Shown in pieces: positions 32,891-50,771 of a stretch of DNA of 64,000 bases. Below the pieces are notes generated by a model. The model was not told the origin of the DNA and did not search any database. It worked only from the letters and a program-made list of their open reading frames with translations. Source of the stretch: the human T2T-CHM13v2.0 reference genome, Homo sapiens; NCBI RefSeq assembly GCF_009914755.1, contig NC_060932.1; one strand, 5' to 3'. Each line of letters opens with the position of its first letter. The stretch's first letter is position 1. The position numbers were made by a program, and so were the translations under genes.

Positions 32891-34100
32891 AGGTTACCAC
32901 TGAAGAAAGCTTTAAACTGTCTCGGCCTGGAGATGAAGCCAGAGGAATGCATATGAACAAGCTTTACTAACCAGCCTTTATCTGCCAGTTCTTTGCCTTT
33001 CCTCAAGTTGCTGCCTGTAGAAACTCAAAATCCATTTCCTTTGTCCTGTCACTTCTCTAAAAGTGTACTGTTCTTTGTTAAAGATGCCAGCTAAGCTGGA
33101 ATTCCAAGCCACCACTTTGAGAACTACTCATTCTCTGTGTATCTCCCATGTATTATGAAGTATATATGTGAATAAATTTGTTTGCTTTTCTTTTGTTAAT
33201 TTGCCTTTTGTAACAGAAGTCTGTTTCTACTACAGACCTCTGGAGGTTCTTTTCCCCCATGCAAGGATACTCCCGGGAGGAACGTCCCTCCCTGAGGCTG
33301 AGATGGCACAGAAGTTTTCTGGGTTGCTCCAGGCCACTGGACAAGAAGAAAACACCACTCCGAGGTAGAGATGTGTAGAAAACCGTGGCCAGGATTGGCA
33401 AGCAGAAAACACCTCTCTGGAGGGCTGGCAGGCCAAGGCTGGGAAGCCAACTGAGGCACCCGCATGATTCACTGGGGATCATTCCTGGGAAGGCTGCGGG
33501 AACCCTGTGGGAAGTTATCCATCTGGTGCTGCTGGATCCTAATGGAGCTGTCACTGGATCTTTGGTTGCCGCATTGGGGGGTGTGGGGAGAGGATTGAAA
33601 AGCAGCAAAACCTGGATGGTGGAAGCAACCGCCTTCCTCCTTCAGCATCCCTCCAACGCCCTCTACTGACGATGCTTTTAACATCATGCCGGCTGCAAAG
33701 GAGAAATAGTCAAAGGACCCCGAATCTCACAGTGTGAATCTGGAGAGGCAGTAAATTGATAACTGGCATAAGTGTTTACCTTTTACGAATCGATTAATGT
33801 TATTGACAGCTGAGTCATGTAACATATTACGATTACTTCTCCTTCCCTACTTTTTTGTTTTTTCTCGGATTAATCATTGGTTTTGTTGTTTTTGTTTATT
33901 TAATTATCACCAATCCCCAAACTCTCCCTAGTTATGTAAATCTTCTCTCCCACAGGGGAACAATAGTCTCAGTCCTCATTCTGGCAACATTTGGGTACTG
34001 GACCATGAGGCAGGTGAGGGACACATGGCAGCGGAGACCATCGTCATTATTTGAGGAAGTTTATGCATCTTCAGCAGGATCCCCCACTGTGGTCTTGTGA

Positions 34101-34653
<553 letters not shown>

Positions 34654-35277
34654 AGCATAAGTTTTTTAAAATTCAACTATCTAAATAGGTTTATTCCATA
34701 GGTAGAATATTTTTCCCCATTTGTTTTGAAGATCAAATAACTTTAGGATTCAAAATAATGTGAAAGTCTTAGTACACACTTGGATGAGTTGATCTTAAAC
34801 TGCTATTCATGGAAAGCTTTTCAAGCCTGAAATATTAAGGAAACTCACTGTTTCCTTAAAAAAAAAAACAGCTGGCTTTAATTGTTGGTCTTTACTGAAT
34901 GAATGGATTTTCCAGATAGACAAAAAATAGTTTTCTATAACTAGCACAGAAAGGGAAGAAATAAAGTGAATTGCAACAGGCCAGCATTCAGATGATGGCA
35001 AATCCAGGGCTCTAGTCTTTGGTTAGAGGCTTAAGTGCTTAGAACCTATTAGAAGTTGTATTTGAAGAATAAAATGGTAACCAAAATAGTTTAAGTGGGT
35101 AAAAAAGGAGTCAGACCTCATCTGAAATTGGATTTCAGAATGGTTAAATTTGGATGTAAAATAAAACAAATATACGAGAATTTAAGAAGTATATGTACAT
35201 ATTTATAAATCTTAGATGAGGGAAGTCTTACTAAGCTAAACATATTGAAGCCAAAAAGGCATCAAAAGATTGACATA

Positions 35278-35490
35278 GCCTGGGCAACGTGGCAAGACCC
35301 TGTCTACAAAAAAAAAAAATTAAAAAATTAGCTGGGCGTGGCAGCCTGTGTCTGTTGTCCCAGCTACTCAGGAGACTAAAGCAGGAGGATTGCTTGAGTC
35401 TGGGAGGTTGAGGTTGCAGTGAGCCATGATCTCACTACTACACTTCAGGCTGGGTGACAGAGTTAGACCCTGTTTCAGAGAATAAATGAA
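35278..35490 (+). mobile_element. 5'-truncated AluJ
   Basis: TSD CAAAAGATTGACA. Confidence 0.88.
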
Positions 35491-35551
35491 TTAAAACAAA
35501 AGATTGACAGATTTGAGCACACGAACATCCAACATCTTCCATAAAACCCAT

Positions 35552-35950
35552 TTATGGACTAAATGTTTATGTTCCCACAAAATTCACACGTTGAAGGCTT
35601 TACCCACAATGTGATGGTATTTGGAGTTGGGTCCTTTGGGAGGTAATTAGGGTTACATGAGGTCATGAGGGTGGGGCCCTCATAATAGGATTAGTGTCTT
35701 TATAAGCAGAGATACCAGAGGGCTCTTTCTCTCTCTCTCTGTCTCTCTGTCTCTCTCTCTCTCGCATGTGAGGACACAGTGAGAAGGCAGCTATCTTCAA
35801 GCCAGAAAGAGAGCCCTCACTAGAAACTAACAATACTTGCATGCTAATCTCAGATTTCCAGCCTCCAAGACTGTGAGAAAATAAATTTCTGTTGTGTGAG
35901 CCATCCAGTCTACAGTATTTTATTATGGCAGCTGGAACAGAGTAGTACAT
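35552..35950 (+). mobile_element. MLT1A-type MaLR LTR
   Basis: GGTAATTAGGGTTACATGAGGTCATGAGGGTGGGGCCCTC; CAGCCTCCAAGACTGTGAGAAAATAAATTTC. Confidence 0.85.
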
Positions 35951-36176
35951 AGTAGGCTAAGGAAAGTTTAAAAACTAGAAGTATGGAAAAAAGTATTTGC
36001 AACTTATGTAATTGGCTATATGTTTACAACTCCAAAATATGTAAAAATTTAAAAACAAATCAGCTAGAAAAATACAAATATCCCAATAGAAAAATGAGCA
36101 AAGGACACAGAGAGATCATTTATGAAATAACTACAAATTAACAACAAACAAAAGAAAATGTGTTCTATATCATTAC

Positions 36177-36674
36177 TGTGATGGCAGGAATAGCCCTTGA
36201 AAGATGCTCATATCCTAATCTCCAAAACTGTGAATATATTACCTTACATGGCAAAGGAACTTTGCAGGTGTGATTAAGTTAAGGATTTTGAGATGAGAGG
36301 ATTACCTTAGATTGTCTGGGTCGGCCCAGTGTAATCACAAGGGTCCTTATAAGTGAAACAGAAAGTCAGGAGAGTCCAAGTCAAAGAAAGAGATGTGATG
36401 AAGGAAGCAGAGATTGGAGTGCTGTGCTCTGAAGACGGAGAAAGGGGCCACAAGCCAAGGAATGCTGGTAGCCTCTAGAAGCTGGAAAAGGCAGGGGAAA
36501 TGAATTCTCCTCCAGAGCTTCTAGAAAGGAATACAGCTCTGCCACATGTTGACTTCAGCCCTGTAAGACTCATTTTGGACTTCTGACCTCCAGATCTATA
36601 AGATAATAAATTTGTGTTGTTTTAAGTCATTAACTTTGTGGTAGTTTGTACAGCAGCAATAGGATACTAATACA
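36177..36674 (+). mobile_element. MLT1D-type MaLR LTR
   Basis: TTACCTTACATGGCAAAGGAACTTTGCAGGTGTGATTAAG; ends ACTAATACA; TSD AT(T/C)AC. Confidence 0.88.
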
Positions 36675-37239
36675 ATCACTAGTCAAGGACATCTAAATTA
36701 AAGGAATGATATGCATGCTTTTAAATCAGTATAAATGAAAACTATTGGTGTGGCAGAATATAGGCACATATACTTTTGGTACATATAATTTAATAATGTA
36801 AATAAGCATGCCCTTTCTTGGCGAGCAACGGTATTTATCAACCTGTATCAGATCTTTAAATGGGCATCTTTTACCTAACAACTTTTTCTTTGACTACATT
36901 CTAAGCACCCAATTTCCAGTTGCATTTAGTAGTGAAACTCTTCCTTCACACAAAATTGAGCAGAGGGAAGTGCATCTACAATTGCCAAAGCAGTGTTAGG
37001 GGATGCAGCCCTGAAGCCTGGCAGAAGTCAGGCAGAAGAAGCCTGAAGCCACCTCACCCCTGCTGAAGTCCCTCAGGCATTTCCAGGGCTCCATGGAACA
37101 CACTTGGAGAATCACTGTCTTGGGGGAATAACTGGACAAGCAAACAAAAACTCCATGCAAGGATGTTTATCACAACATTGTTTCCATTGCAAAAAAATTA
37201 GAAATCACCTATATGCCTCCCAAGGAAAGTGACTTGTTA

Positions 37240-38848
<1,609 letters not shown>

Positions 38849-39072
38849 TCATAAAATAGAATACTATGCAGCCATTAAAAATGATGAAAAACATCTATAT
38901 TGACATAGGAAGAGTTATGCAATTTATTGGGGGGGAAAATATGTTATAAAACATGTTGGCATGGTAGGATTCATTTCTGAAATATACATACAAATGTGTA
39001 TAAATTATAAAGACATATAAAGAGATATGGATTGAAGCATTAATAGTAATCATCTCTAGGTGGTGGAATTAA

Positions 39073-39379
<307 letters not shown>

Positions 39380-39643
39380 TTTACTTTCTACTTTACTTCT
39401 TCGTGTATTTTCTATATTTAAAAAAAAGTCTATATTGTATATTCAGAAAAAAAGCTGGTTATACCATGAATAATGAATGAACAAAAAAGGAATAAATGGC
39501 ATGTGTGTGTGTGTGTGTGTGTGCACGTGTGCGCACACAAGTGCATGCATGTAAGAGAGGGAGAAAGAAAGAACAGAAAGGAAGTCAGAAATTTATCTTC
39601 ATGAGCTTAGGTAGCTAATGGAGTGAGATATAAACATATTTTA

Positions 39644-40206
39644 TGTGACAAGGTGCGAGCAAAGCATTAATGTTGGATATCTTCCATTTGCCCCTCTAGC
39701 TCCACTTTCTCCCCTTCTCTTCTGCTCTGCTCTTGGTGAGGCTGGCCCATGTGGACACCATTGACATCTCCCTTGCCTCTTGGCTTCTTGTTGGGTTTCC
39801 CATGGAGATGCACCACGAGAGATTAGAGGGTGGGGATGGGATATACATCCCAAGCTCCCTCCTCATGTGAATGCCAAGGGTGTGCTTTGGGCTGCACGTG
39901 ACATCCTTCTAGCAAAGTCCACAGCTCCTATCTGGAGGACCTGTCCCTGAAGCATCCTCTCTGGGTTCCCCCCTCTCCCTTTTCAGGTCTAATGGTGAAG
40001 TTTCTTGCTTTGGTTAACCTCAGTGCACAGCATGATCCCTTGATAGTTTTGGTAACGCCTACCTATTGTAAATTACCCATCTTGAGCCTGTCATCTGTTT
40101 TCAGCTGGAATCCTTACTATTAGGTTGATGCAAAAGTAATTGTGGTTTTTGCCATTGAAAGTAATGACAAAACCCACAATTATTTTGGTACTAGCCTAAT
40201 AATACA
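39644..40206 (+). mobile_element. Old ERVL LTR (LTR33-like)
   Basis: 3' end AAATTACCCATCTTGAGCCTGTCATCTGTTTTCAGCTGG..ACTA[MADE1]ATACA. Confidence 0.55.
40120..40199. mobile_element. MADE1 mariner MITE
   Basis: 80-bp palindrome TTAGGTTGATGCAAAAGTAATTG...TAGCCTAA flanked by TA on both sides. Confidence 0.95.
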
Positions 40207-40250
40207 CAAGGGGTGTGTGTGTGTGTGTGTGTGTGTGTAAACAACTATAA

Positions 40251-40581
<331 letters not shown>

Positions 40582-41852
40582 GTATCTTACAGTCTTATTT
40601 AAATGTCCCATTTTTCTCCCATGAGTACATGCCAGGTATGTATCATACATCTCAGTCAACAAAAACAGGCACTAAAGAAATAACATTTTCATCATTTTAT
40701 GTAGCTCACTATTCCACTGGGGTGGCAAAACGCAGGGTCACTAGGTTTGGGATTTACTCCTCCACCCACTTTCCCCCAGTTTTGTGACTAAGAAATGGGA
40801 AGCCTACCTGGTGTCGAGGCACAGTGGATGGGATGTCATGTCATCTGGTTAGGCAGGCAACTGCCAGGGCACCCCATGCTCAACCCTGTGCTCAGTGAGC
40901 AATTCAAGAGCTTGTGTTTCCTTCTCCCGCTACTATGCTACCCATGGGCACTCAGGGATGGCTCTGCTGCTCCTGTGTGATTCTTCGGTGTAGGAAGCTC
41001 TGGGAGGCTGCCTAAGCCCCATCTGGCAGGTGATATGATACAGCCGCTTCTTCATTAGGGTCTTGCAACTTCCTCAGGGATCTACAGGAAAACACAAATT
41101 TCATCGCTGCTCACACCCTCATGTTCCACACCCTACTTGGGCATCTTATGGTCTTCCCAGGGCTTAGCTTGTGGTATGGGGACAAGACCACTTTCTCTGG
41201 AGCCCACCAATGCCCACACTAAATTGTTGCCCTTGAAGCTGTCATTGTTTTCCCCCTACCCAGGAAAATTTATTTTCCAGACTGTGTTTGGGGAAGCTTT
41301 CTCATTATGTATTCTCCTGAATATTTGGTTTAGATAGTTAAAAGATGTAAAAATGTTCCCTAAATCGATATATTGATTCATGCATTCACCAATGTATTGA
41401 AAATCCCAGCATGTTTTTTGGGAACATTCATAAGCTGATTCTAAAATGTATATAGAAATGTAAGAGGCCAACAATGCTACAGACACTTAAAGAAGAAGCA
41501 AGTTGGAAGACAATCTATCAGATAAAAAGATTTATTATAAAGCTACAATAATTAAGACAGAATAGTAATGGTACAAGAATAGGCAAGTAGACCAATGGAA
41601 CAACATAGAGTCAAAGAACAGACCCACACATTAATGGACACTTGATTTATGACAAAAGTGGCATGCTGAGCCGTAGGAGAAAGGACAATCTTCTTAATAA
41701 GTGGTTCTGGGTCAACGGGATATCCATAAACATACACCAATTTCAGGTGGACTACAGATCTAAATGTGAAAGGCCAAAGAATAAGTTTCTTGATATCACA
41801 ACAGAAAATCCTAATGACCATAAATTAACTCTTTTAAAAATTTGAGACAGTC

Positions 41853-42416
<564 letters not shown>

Positions 42417-42639
42417 AAAATTAAGCAATTTTTAATTGGGCTGCTTTAAAATTAGCAAGTTTTTTTTTTAATCATGAAAAGATACCACTGAAAGACTGAA
42501 AAAGCAAGAATGAGAAACAATATTTGTAGCACATAAGAAGGACTCATATCTAGAATATATAAAGAATTTCTACAGAGCGATTAGAACACAACAGCCAGTC
42601 CAACAGAAAAACAGGCAGGAAATTTGACAAGCCATCTTA

Positions 42640-42957
<318 letters not shown>

Positions 42958-42966
42958 CTAAAACTA

Positions 42967-43350
<384 letters not shown>

Positions 43351-43708
43351 TTAGCATAGCCTCTTTGGAAAGGAGTTGGTCAGAATCAACTAAAGCTGAG
43401 CAAACATCCTGTCACCCGGCAATTCCATCCCTAGTTATATCCTCTAAGAAATGAATACATATGTACAAAAGACAGAGCTTCATGACAACATTATTCTTAA
43501 TGGCTGCAAACTAGAAACAACTCAAATGGCTATCAAGAGTTGAATAGACAAATTAATGCATTGTATAGTCACATAAAGGAATTTTTTACACCAATGAAAA
43601 TGAACTATTGTCACATGCAACAACATGGATGAATCTATAGATATAATGTGAAGCAAAAGAAGACAAGCACAACGGGATACATATTGGATAACAAAACAAT
43701 AAGAACTT

Positions 43709-44060
<352 letters not shown>

Positions 44061-44624
44061 CTAGGTGCTAGGCAGGGAGAGAAGGAGGGGAGTGATTGGA
44101 TGAGGAGTGGGAGGGCCGTAATGTCCAAAACTCACTGCTGGTGACACAGGTGGGCTTAGTTTGTGATGACCTCACACTTAACCACTTGTAATACGATTTC
44201 TGCACTTCTCTGAAGCTATGTTATATACTTTAAAAAGAGTCTATTTACAAAAAATATACATTTGATTTATGTTGTAAGTCCTTTATGTTCCCTGAAGGAT
44301 CAAGCTTTTGGAAACTCAAAAGCCAGGGTGGCACTCCCTTTTCCCTGCCACTTTTTTCTCCTCTGAAGTCATGAACCCCAAACAGCTTCCCTGACAGATG
44401 GGGTGGGGGGGAGACAAATAGAAAAGAAGATAGCAATGTGAGTGAGGAAATGCAGCGGGGGGCTCTCTGGTTAATTTGTAAAGGCTATTCTCCTATTCAA
44501 TCAACGTTTGTTCACCTGTAGGACCAGTTTGTAATAATTATGAAATTGGAGGGGAAAATTGTAAATTTTTTTTACATTAAAAAAGTTCTGAATCATGCAT
44601 GACAGGTGAATGTGTAGAAGAGGT

Positions 44625-44950
44625 GTTTTTGTTTGTTTGTTTGTTTGGTTGGTTGTTTTGTTGGTTTTTGAGACAGGGTCTTATTTTGTCACCCTGGAGT
44701 GCAGGGGTGCCATTACAACTCACTGCTGCCTTGACCTCCTGGGTTCAAGGGATCCTCCTGCCACAGTGTACCAAGTAGCTGAAACTACAGGTGCATGCCA
44801 CCACACCTGGCTATTAAAAATGTTTTTTTTAGTAGCGACGAGGTCTCATTATGTTGTCCAGGCTAGTCTCAAATTCCTGTGCTCAAGGGATCTGCCCACT
44901 TCAGCCTCCTGAAGTGCTGAGATTACAGGCATGAGCCGCCGCACCTGGTC
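44625..44950 (-). mobile_element. AluJ
   Basis: Diverged reverse Alu dimer. Confidence 0.9.
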
Positions 44951-45219
44951 AAAAAGTTTTTAATAGAGTCATTATATTCTAATTTTCTCTCACACATGCT
45001 ATATGTAATTGTGTGCATTTAAAACTTTGGAGGAAAACAGTTTTAAGGTAGGTTTATGGTTCTTTTTATTAAAGATAATGCCGTACTCCTAAAAATGAAA
45101 AACCTGTCCATTTTTCTTTCAAAGTAATTTACCCAAAGCCTCCCAATTTGGGTAGGTACAAAAGTTTCACAATTTAGAACTTTTAAAAAGTCGTTTATTT
45201 GGCGTGGATGGGCCAGGAC

Positions 45220-45252
45220 TGCAGGTATAATTTCTTGCCACTAGATGTCTCT
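45220..45252 (+). promoter_or_regulatory. CTCF site with upstream module
   Basis: TGCAGGTATAATTTC-TTGCCACTAGATGTCTC: core CCACTAGATG plus TGCAG 18 nt before the core CC. Confidence 0.65.
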
Positions 45253-45999
45253 GAGTTTTAAAGCAGCAGACTCGTGGGTTTTTGTCTATTTATACATACA
45301 GATCACCTACCTCCCTGTTAACAGAGTTTCATAATCCTCTTATGTAACGCTGGGTTGTCAGCTACAGTTAATCATCAGTTGGGAGATGGGCAGGCAGGGA
45401 CCCCAAGGACTTCATGTCCTCGAGACAGGGTTGGACGTGTTGAGAGAAGGTTGAGACCAGGTGTGACCAAGCAGAACCCCGTGACTCTGAAATGCATCCA
45501 CGCGGAGGCCAGGGAATGATGGAAAACAAAGAGCTCGCTGCTGCAGCACGTGCCGGCTGGATGCGGAGACCACGGCATCCACTCCTTACAGCTGGGAGCC
45601 AGCAGAGGAGCTAGTGGGCCGGGAAAGCCGTCAGTCCTGCGTTTTGCCTTGGCTGGCTGCGGGCGCCACTTGAAACACGCCAGTCATGCCTCTCCCAACC
45701 CTACCCCCACCCCCTGGAACCTAACGGCCTGCAGAAGCCAGGAATTCTCCCCGGACTCCTGGAGTACATCGCCAGGGCATCTAATCAGTCTGTTTTCCAT
45801 GGTGTTTTCGTATATGTGTCCGTCTGCCAGACTAGACAGAGACGCCCAGAGGGCACAAACCATGTCTTGTTCAGCACCGCATCCAATTGTTTTTGTACAC
45901 AGTAGGCAAGTGTCCGTTGAAACCAATGTGTGATTAGAAAAAGTGTCTGAAAGACTGATGAAATAATCACTGACAAGTTATTGAATCTTAAGAAGTCCT

Positions 46000-46327
<328 letters not shown>

Positions 46328-46399
46328 TCATTAATGGCCCCAAATGGTTATTTGGAGGCTGGTTTATGCAACTCCTTAAATCGTGTGCGTTTCAGTGAA

Positions 46400-46800
46400 A
46401 AAGTGAAGGGGATGAACTCTGGAGTAAAACTGTCTGGGTAAAACCCCAGCTCCAACATTTATCCAACATTTATCAGTTATGTGACTTTGGGCAAGTGATT
46501 TAATCTTTCTCCATCTCAGTTTTGCCTTCTGTAAAATGGGAACAATAATAGTATTTATTTCATGGGTTTGTCATGGGGATTAAATAAGTTAAATACTCAT
46601 AGCAGGCTTCACACAGCTTCCAGCACATAGTGGTGTCTCAATAGTGGTTCAGAATTAGGGTCCTAACAAGAATGCCTCCAGTTCAAACCCTTGTGTGTAA
46701 TTGACAAGTTACCTAACCTCTTTAGGCCTCAGTTTCTTCATCTGTAAGTTGGGGTAACAGTACTCACTTCATAGACTGATATGGGCAGTAAGTGAGACAG
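46400..46800 (+). mobile_element. Two tandem MIR copies
   Basis: Two MIR cores: GTGACTTTGGGCAAGTGATTTAATC and ACAAGTTACCTAACCTCTTTAGGCCTCAGTTTC. Confidence 0.8.
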
Positions 46801-48099
46801 GAAGCTTCCAGTCCGGCCACTGCTGACATTGCCCTAAATCACTTAGGACATGACATGAACAGCCTGTGGATAGTTCAGGCAGGCGCTCAGGAATCAGTCA
46901 TCAAATTAACTTTCACAACACTAGCACCCCCTGACTTTTCTTTAATTCTTTACTTTTGTAGAATTTTAGAAGGCATTTTTATGTTTATTATTTTACTTGG
47001 ATCATCGAGCCCATTTTAATCCCAAGGTTGGTTGGTGGTTAGTGAAGTAAATGGGTCTCAGTATAGTGAGGCATCAGGCTACGTGGGGAGCCAAGAAGAG
47101 GGAAGATGCTTGTGCAGAGGGAAGGAGCGGAGGAAGGAGAGCTTGGGAGGGGCCTGTGGGCTTCATCTAAGCCTCTAAGCTTCCTGCCCTTTTATGGTTG
47201 GTGGGGTTGTTTTAGGGCTCTTTGGAACATGCAACAAAATCTATGAATATTCACCCAGAAAATTGTACATGCACACAACATCCTCATTCATTTTCAGAAA
47301 CTTTACACAGTGTCAGATTGAGATCTGTGGCAGGCCACAATTTGGCACCCCTTTCAAATTGATTTTTTTAAATTTAATATTTGTAGAGTACTGTCAGTGA
47401 GAAACTAATTGTATACTAATAAAAATCACGCACTCCTTTGTGTCTGAGATTAGAATCGATCACATACAAGCAGTTTTCTGAAATTCTTGAACCCATTTAA
47501 AAGTTAGGTAAATAACTGACTCTTTTCTGGTAGTCAGTACAACCCCATGAATTATTCTATTGACTGTGAATATCAAGTAGCTGCCCGTGCAAAGTGCTCA
47601 GCAGAAAGAGCCCCAATGAGGGGTATTCTCTTTTTCTCACTCAAGGCTGAGAGTGAAAGCAATTTAGATTTTTCCACTCTGGAAGGGTTGTGTGGGAGCC
47701 TTAGTTAGCTGACACCATCCTTCCAATTTACTTTAATGCTGTTTGTGAGCACTTTACAGATGAATGCCTCAGCACCTGCTGACCTGCCCACCCTTCAGTC
47801 CCCATCTAGATTCAGGTCCCAGGTTAAGACATGTGGACTAGACAGTCCATGTTTAAACACCGACGAGGTCATTAGCAGCTCTGAACATGCAAATGCATTA
47901 CTCTGCACCTGAAGTGCATAGGATGGGAAGAGGCGGCCAAGGAGGGAGATAGAACAATAGAAAAAGTGACTACCTGGAAGCCAACGAGTCCATGGAAGCT
48001 TTGAGAAAGGGCACCTTGATGCATTTTCTGGAATGCTGGTGTTCTAGAATCCCCAGCCAAAGCGTCTCCTCTTTGCCGGTCAGGGCACTTGTCTCAGGC

Positions 48100-48388
48100 T
48101 TTTGGTTTGTTTTTTGAGACAAGGTCTCACTCTCACCTGGGCTGGAGTGCAGTGATGCGATCATGGTTTACTTCAGCCTCTACCTCCTGGGCTTAAGTGA
48201 TCCTCCCACCTCAGCCTGCTGAGAAGCTGGGACTATAGGTACACCACTACGTCCAGCTAATTTTATTTTTTGTAGAAACAGGGGTCTTGCTATGTTGCCC
48301 AGGCTGGTCTCAAACTCCTGGACTCAAGTGATCCTCCCACCTCGGCTTCCCAAAGTCCTGGGATTACAAGTGAGCCACTGGGCCCGAC
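48100..48388 (-). mobile_element. AluJ
   Basis: Reverse Alu dimer. Confidence 0.9.
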
Positions 48389-48944
48389 TCTGGTTTTGCA
48401 TACAAGGCTGGGAGACAGGCTCTTTATGGCTGAAAGGACTCCTGTGGAATATATTTATTCATGCCTTGACTGCCAGGCCCTAGGGGTCTTGATATCAGTT
48501 GGCAGGGAAAGCCATTCTCAGACCTCCTGCCGGGTCATGTCCCATTTTGGGGCCTTCCACAGCAGGCCTGCAAGAGGATGTCCGTGGGGTGGGTTGGCCA
48601 GGGGAGCAGGGGAGCTTTTGCATCTGTTTTCAGAGCCAGGAATCCATGGGTCTAAGGGTTGTAATGATTTGGTTCATCCCCAACACAGGGTGGTGCCTGT
48701 CAGCAAGTTTGCACCACAGCAAACACTTTGTGTGGGGAATCAGGACAGCAGTGAGAGAGCTGGGGCCAGAGGGTGTCTGTCTTCTGGCCTCCAGGCAGCT
48801 TTTGCTGATGCTGACCAACTCAGCGCTAGGAGAGGCAGAATGAATAGCCTCCATGGCCTGGCTGGCAGCAAAAATTTAGCAGTCAGTATTGGAACAGTGT
48901 CATGCCTCAGAGGCCTCAGAGAGGAGAAGGCAGTGTTACAGAAA

Positions 48945-49400
48945 GCAGTGGCTGTCAAAATGCAGCTCCTTTTGCAGCAGTAGCCACATCACCTGGGAGA
49001 GCTTGTAAGAAATGCGCATTTTCCTCAGGTGCTGATACTTTGGGAAGCTGAGGCCGGAGGATTGCTTCAGTGCAGGAATTTGAGATCAGCCTGGGGAATA
49101 TACCAAGACCTCATTTCTACTAAAAAAACAAACAGACAAAAAAAAAAAAAAAAAAAAAGCAGGCATGGTGGTGCACACCTTGTAGTCCCAACTACTTGGG
49201 ATGCTGATGTGGAAGGATTGCTTGAGTCTAGGAATTTGTGGTTACAGTGAGCTATGATCACGCCACAGCATTCCAGTCTTGGCAAGACAGTGAGAACTTG
49301 TCTTTAAGAAAAAAGAAAAAAAAAGAAATACACATTCTCAGGCTCCACTCCAGATCCTTGGAATCAGAAGCTCTGAGGGTGGGGCCTGTGCAATGAGCCC
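48945..49400 (+). mobile_element. MER5A split by a 5'-truncated AluJ (49030-49325)
   Basis: CATCACCTGGGAGAGCTTGTAAGAAATGC..; GAATCAGAAGCTCTGAGGGTGGGGCC; duplicated AAGAAAT..CATT..CTCAGG. Confidence 0.75.
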
Positions 49401-50507
49401 TGCAAGGGTGGCAGGCTGGGGAGCAGGCAAGGGTCTGGTTGTGCAGTTCCAACACTCCCTTCACCCTTGGAGCCAGCCAGTATTCAGTCCTGGGGATCTG
49501 TGCAGGGAAGCTGCCGCTCTGCCACAGCCTGAAGTCTTCTCTGCTAAATCCTGCACTGCCCACAGCAGCCCCAGTGGCCAGACCCAGGAACCTGCAAAGC
49601 CCTGTGCCGTGTGCCCCGAATGGCATGGGTCCCTGGCTCCTGAAAGGTGCTGAGGAGGCTGGGCCCCCACACTGACATCCATTCTTGGGAACAGCCAGAG
49701 CTGCAGCAGACATGGATGAGGGGCTTCTGAGCAGGAGGGCCAGTGTGTACAAAATGCTGGGAGGTGAGTGGGCTGTCCAGGTCCCTTCTAATGGCTGACC
49801 CACTCCATGGTAAAAGAACTGGAGAGGTGGCCTGCCATCTCTGTGACTCCCATGACTGAGGCAGGATTAATGCTCACTGTGGAAGACCTCCACGATGTGG
49901 CTACGTGGGGAAGCTTTCTGTGTGTTCTCCCATAAACCAAGGGAAGAGTACTGGGGCAAAGCAGATTTTATTAGCTCATACTGAGAAGTACAGAGAGGCA
50001 CAGGACACAAAAGCTTCTCTAGGGCTATTCCTAGCCTGGGGGACTCAGCTCTCAGGAGCACAGAGCCTGCAGAGAGACATGAGGAGGCCAGAGGCAGTGC
50101 CACCCCTGCTTCCAGGAGCCTTCCTTATCTGCTCTGCTGGCAGGAACTGCACCTGTGAAGTTAAAGCAGGGGGGCCAGGCAATGCAGAATGCAGATCTTC
50201 GAGCAGTGCACTTTACGTTGACCCTCTATTTACTAGAACATAGATTCATGAGTGCAATATAGATTCATCAACCCGCTTCCACTGGGAGAGTAAAAAATTA
50301 AAAAAAAAAAAAATTCCAGGGGGAGGAGCCAAGATGGCCAAACAGGAACAGCTCCGGTCTACAGCTCCCAGCGTGAGCGATGTAGAAGACGGGTGATTTC
50401 TGGATTTCCAACTGAGGTACCGGGTTCATCTCACTGGGGTGTGCCAGACAGTGGGTGCAGGACAGTGGGTGCAGCGCACCATGCACGAGCCAAAGCAGGG
50501 CAAGGCA

Positions 50508-50771
50508 TCACCTCACCCAGGAAGCGCAAGGGGTCAGGGAATTCCCTTTCCTAGTCAAAGAAAGGGGTGACAGACGGCACCTGGAAAATTGGGTCACTCC
50601 CACCCTAATATTGCACTTTCCCAACAGGCTTAAAAAACGGCACACCAGGAGATTATATCCCGCACATGGCTCAGAGGGTCCTACGCCCACAGAGTCTCGC
50701 TGATTGCTAGCACAGCAGTCTGAGATCAAACTGCAAGGCAGCAGCAAGGCTGGGGGAGGGGCGCCCACCAT
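50508..50771 (-). CDS. L1 antisense ORF0 homologue, 87 aa, open
   Basis: MVGAPPPALLLPCSLISDCCASNQRDSVGVGPSEP.. matches primate L1 ORF0; ATG in GCAATGG context; expression unknown. Confidence 0.6.
   Translation of the reverse strand: MVGAPPPALLLPCSLISDCCASNQRDSVGVGPSEPCAGYNLLVCRFLSLLGKCNIRVGVTQFSRCRLSPLSLTRKGNSLTPCASWVR

Noticed and set aside
48396-48983. 195-aa ORF
   Set aside because: Non-ATG start, runs into MER5A, and no recognisable domain
50447-50474. Tandem GACAGTGGGTGCAG x2 in the L1 5' UTR
   Set aside because: As recalled, this is an ordinary feature of L1PA 5' UTR consensus sequences
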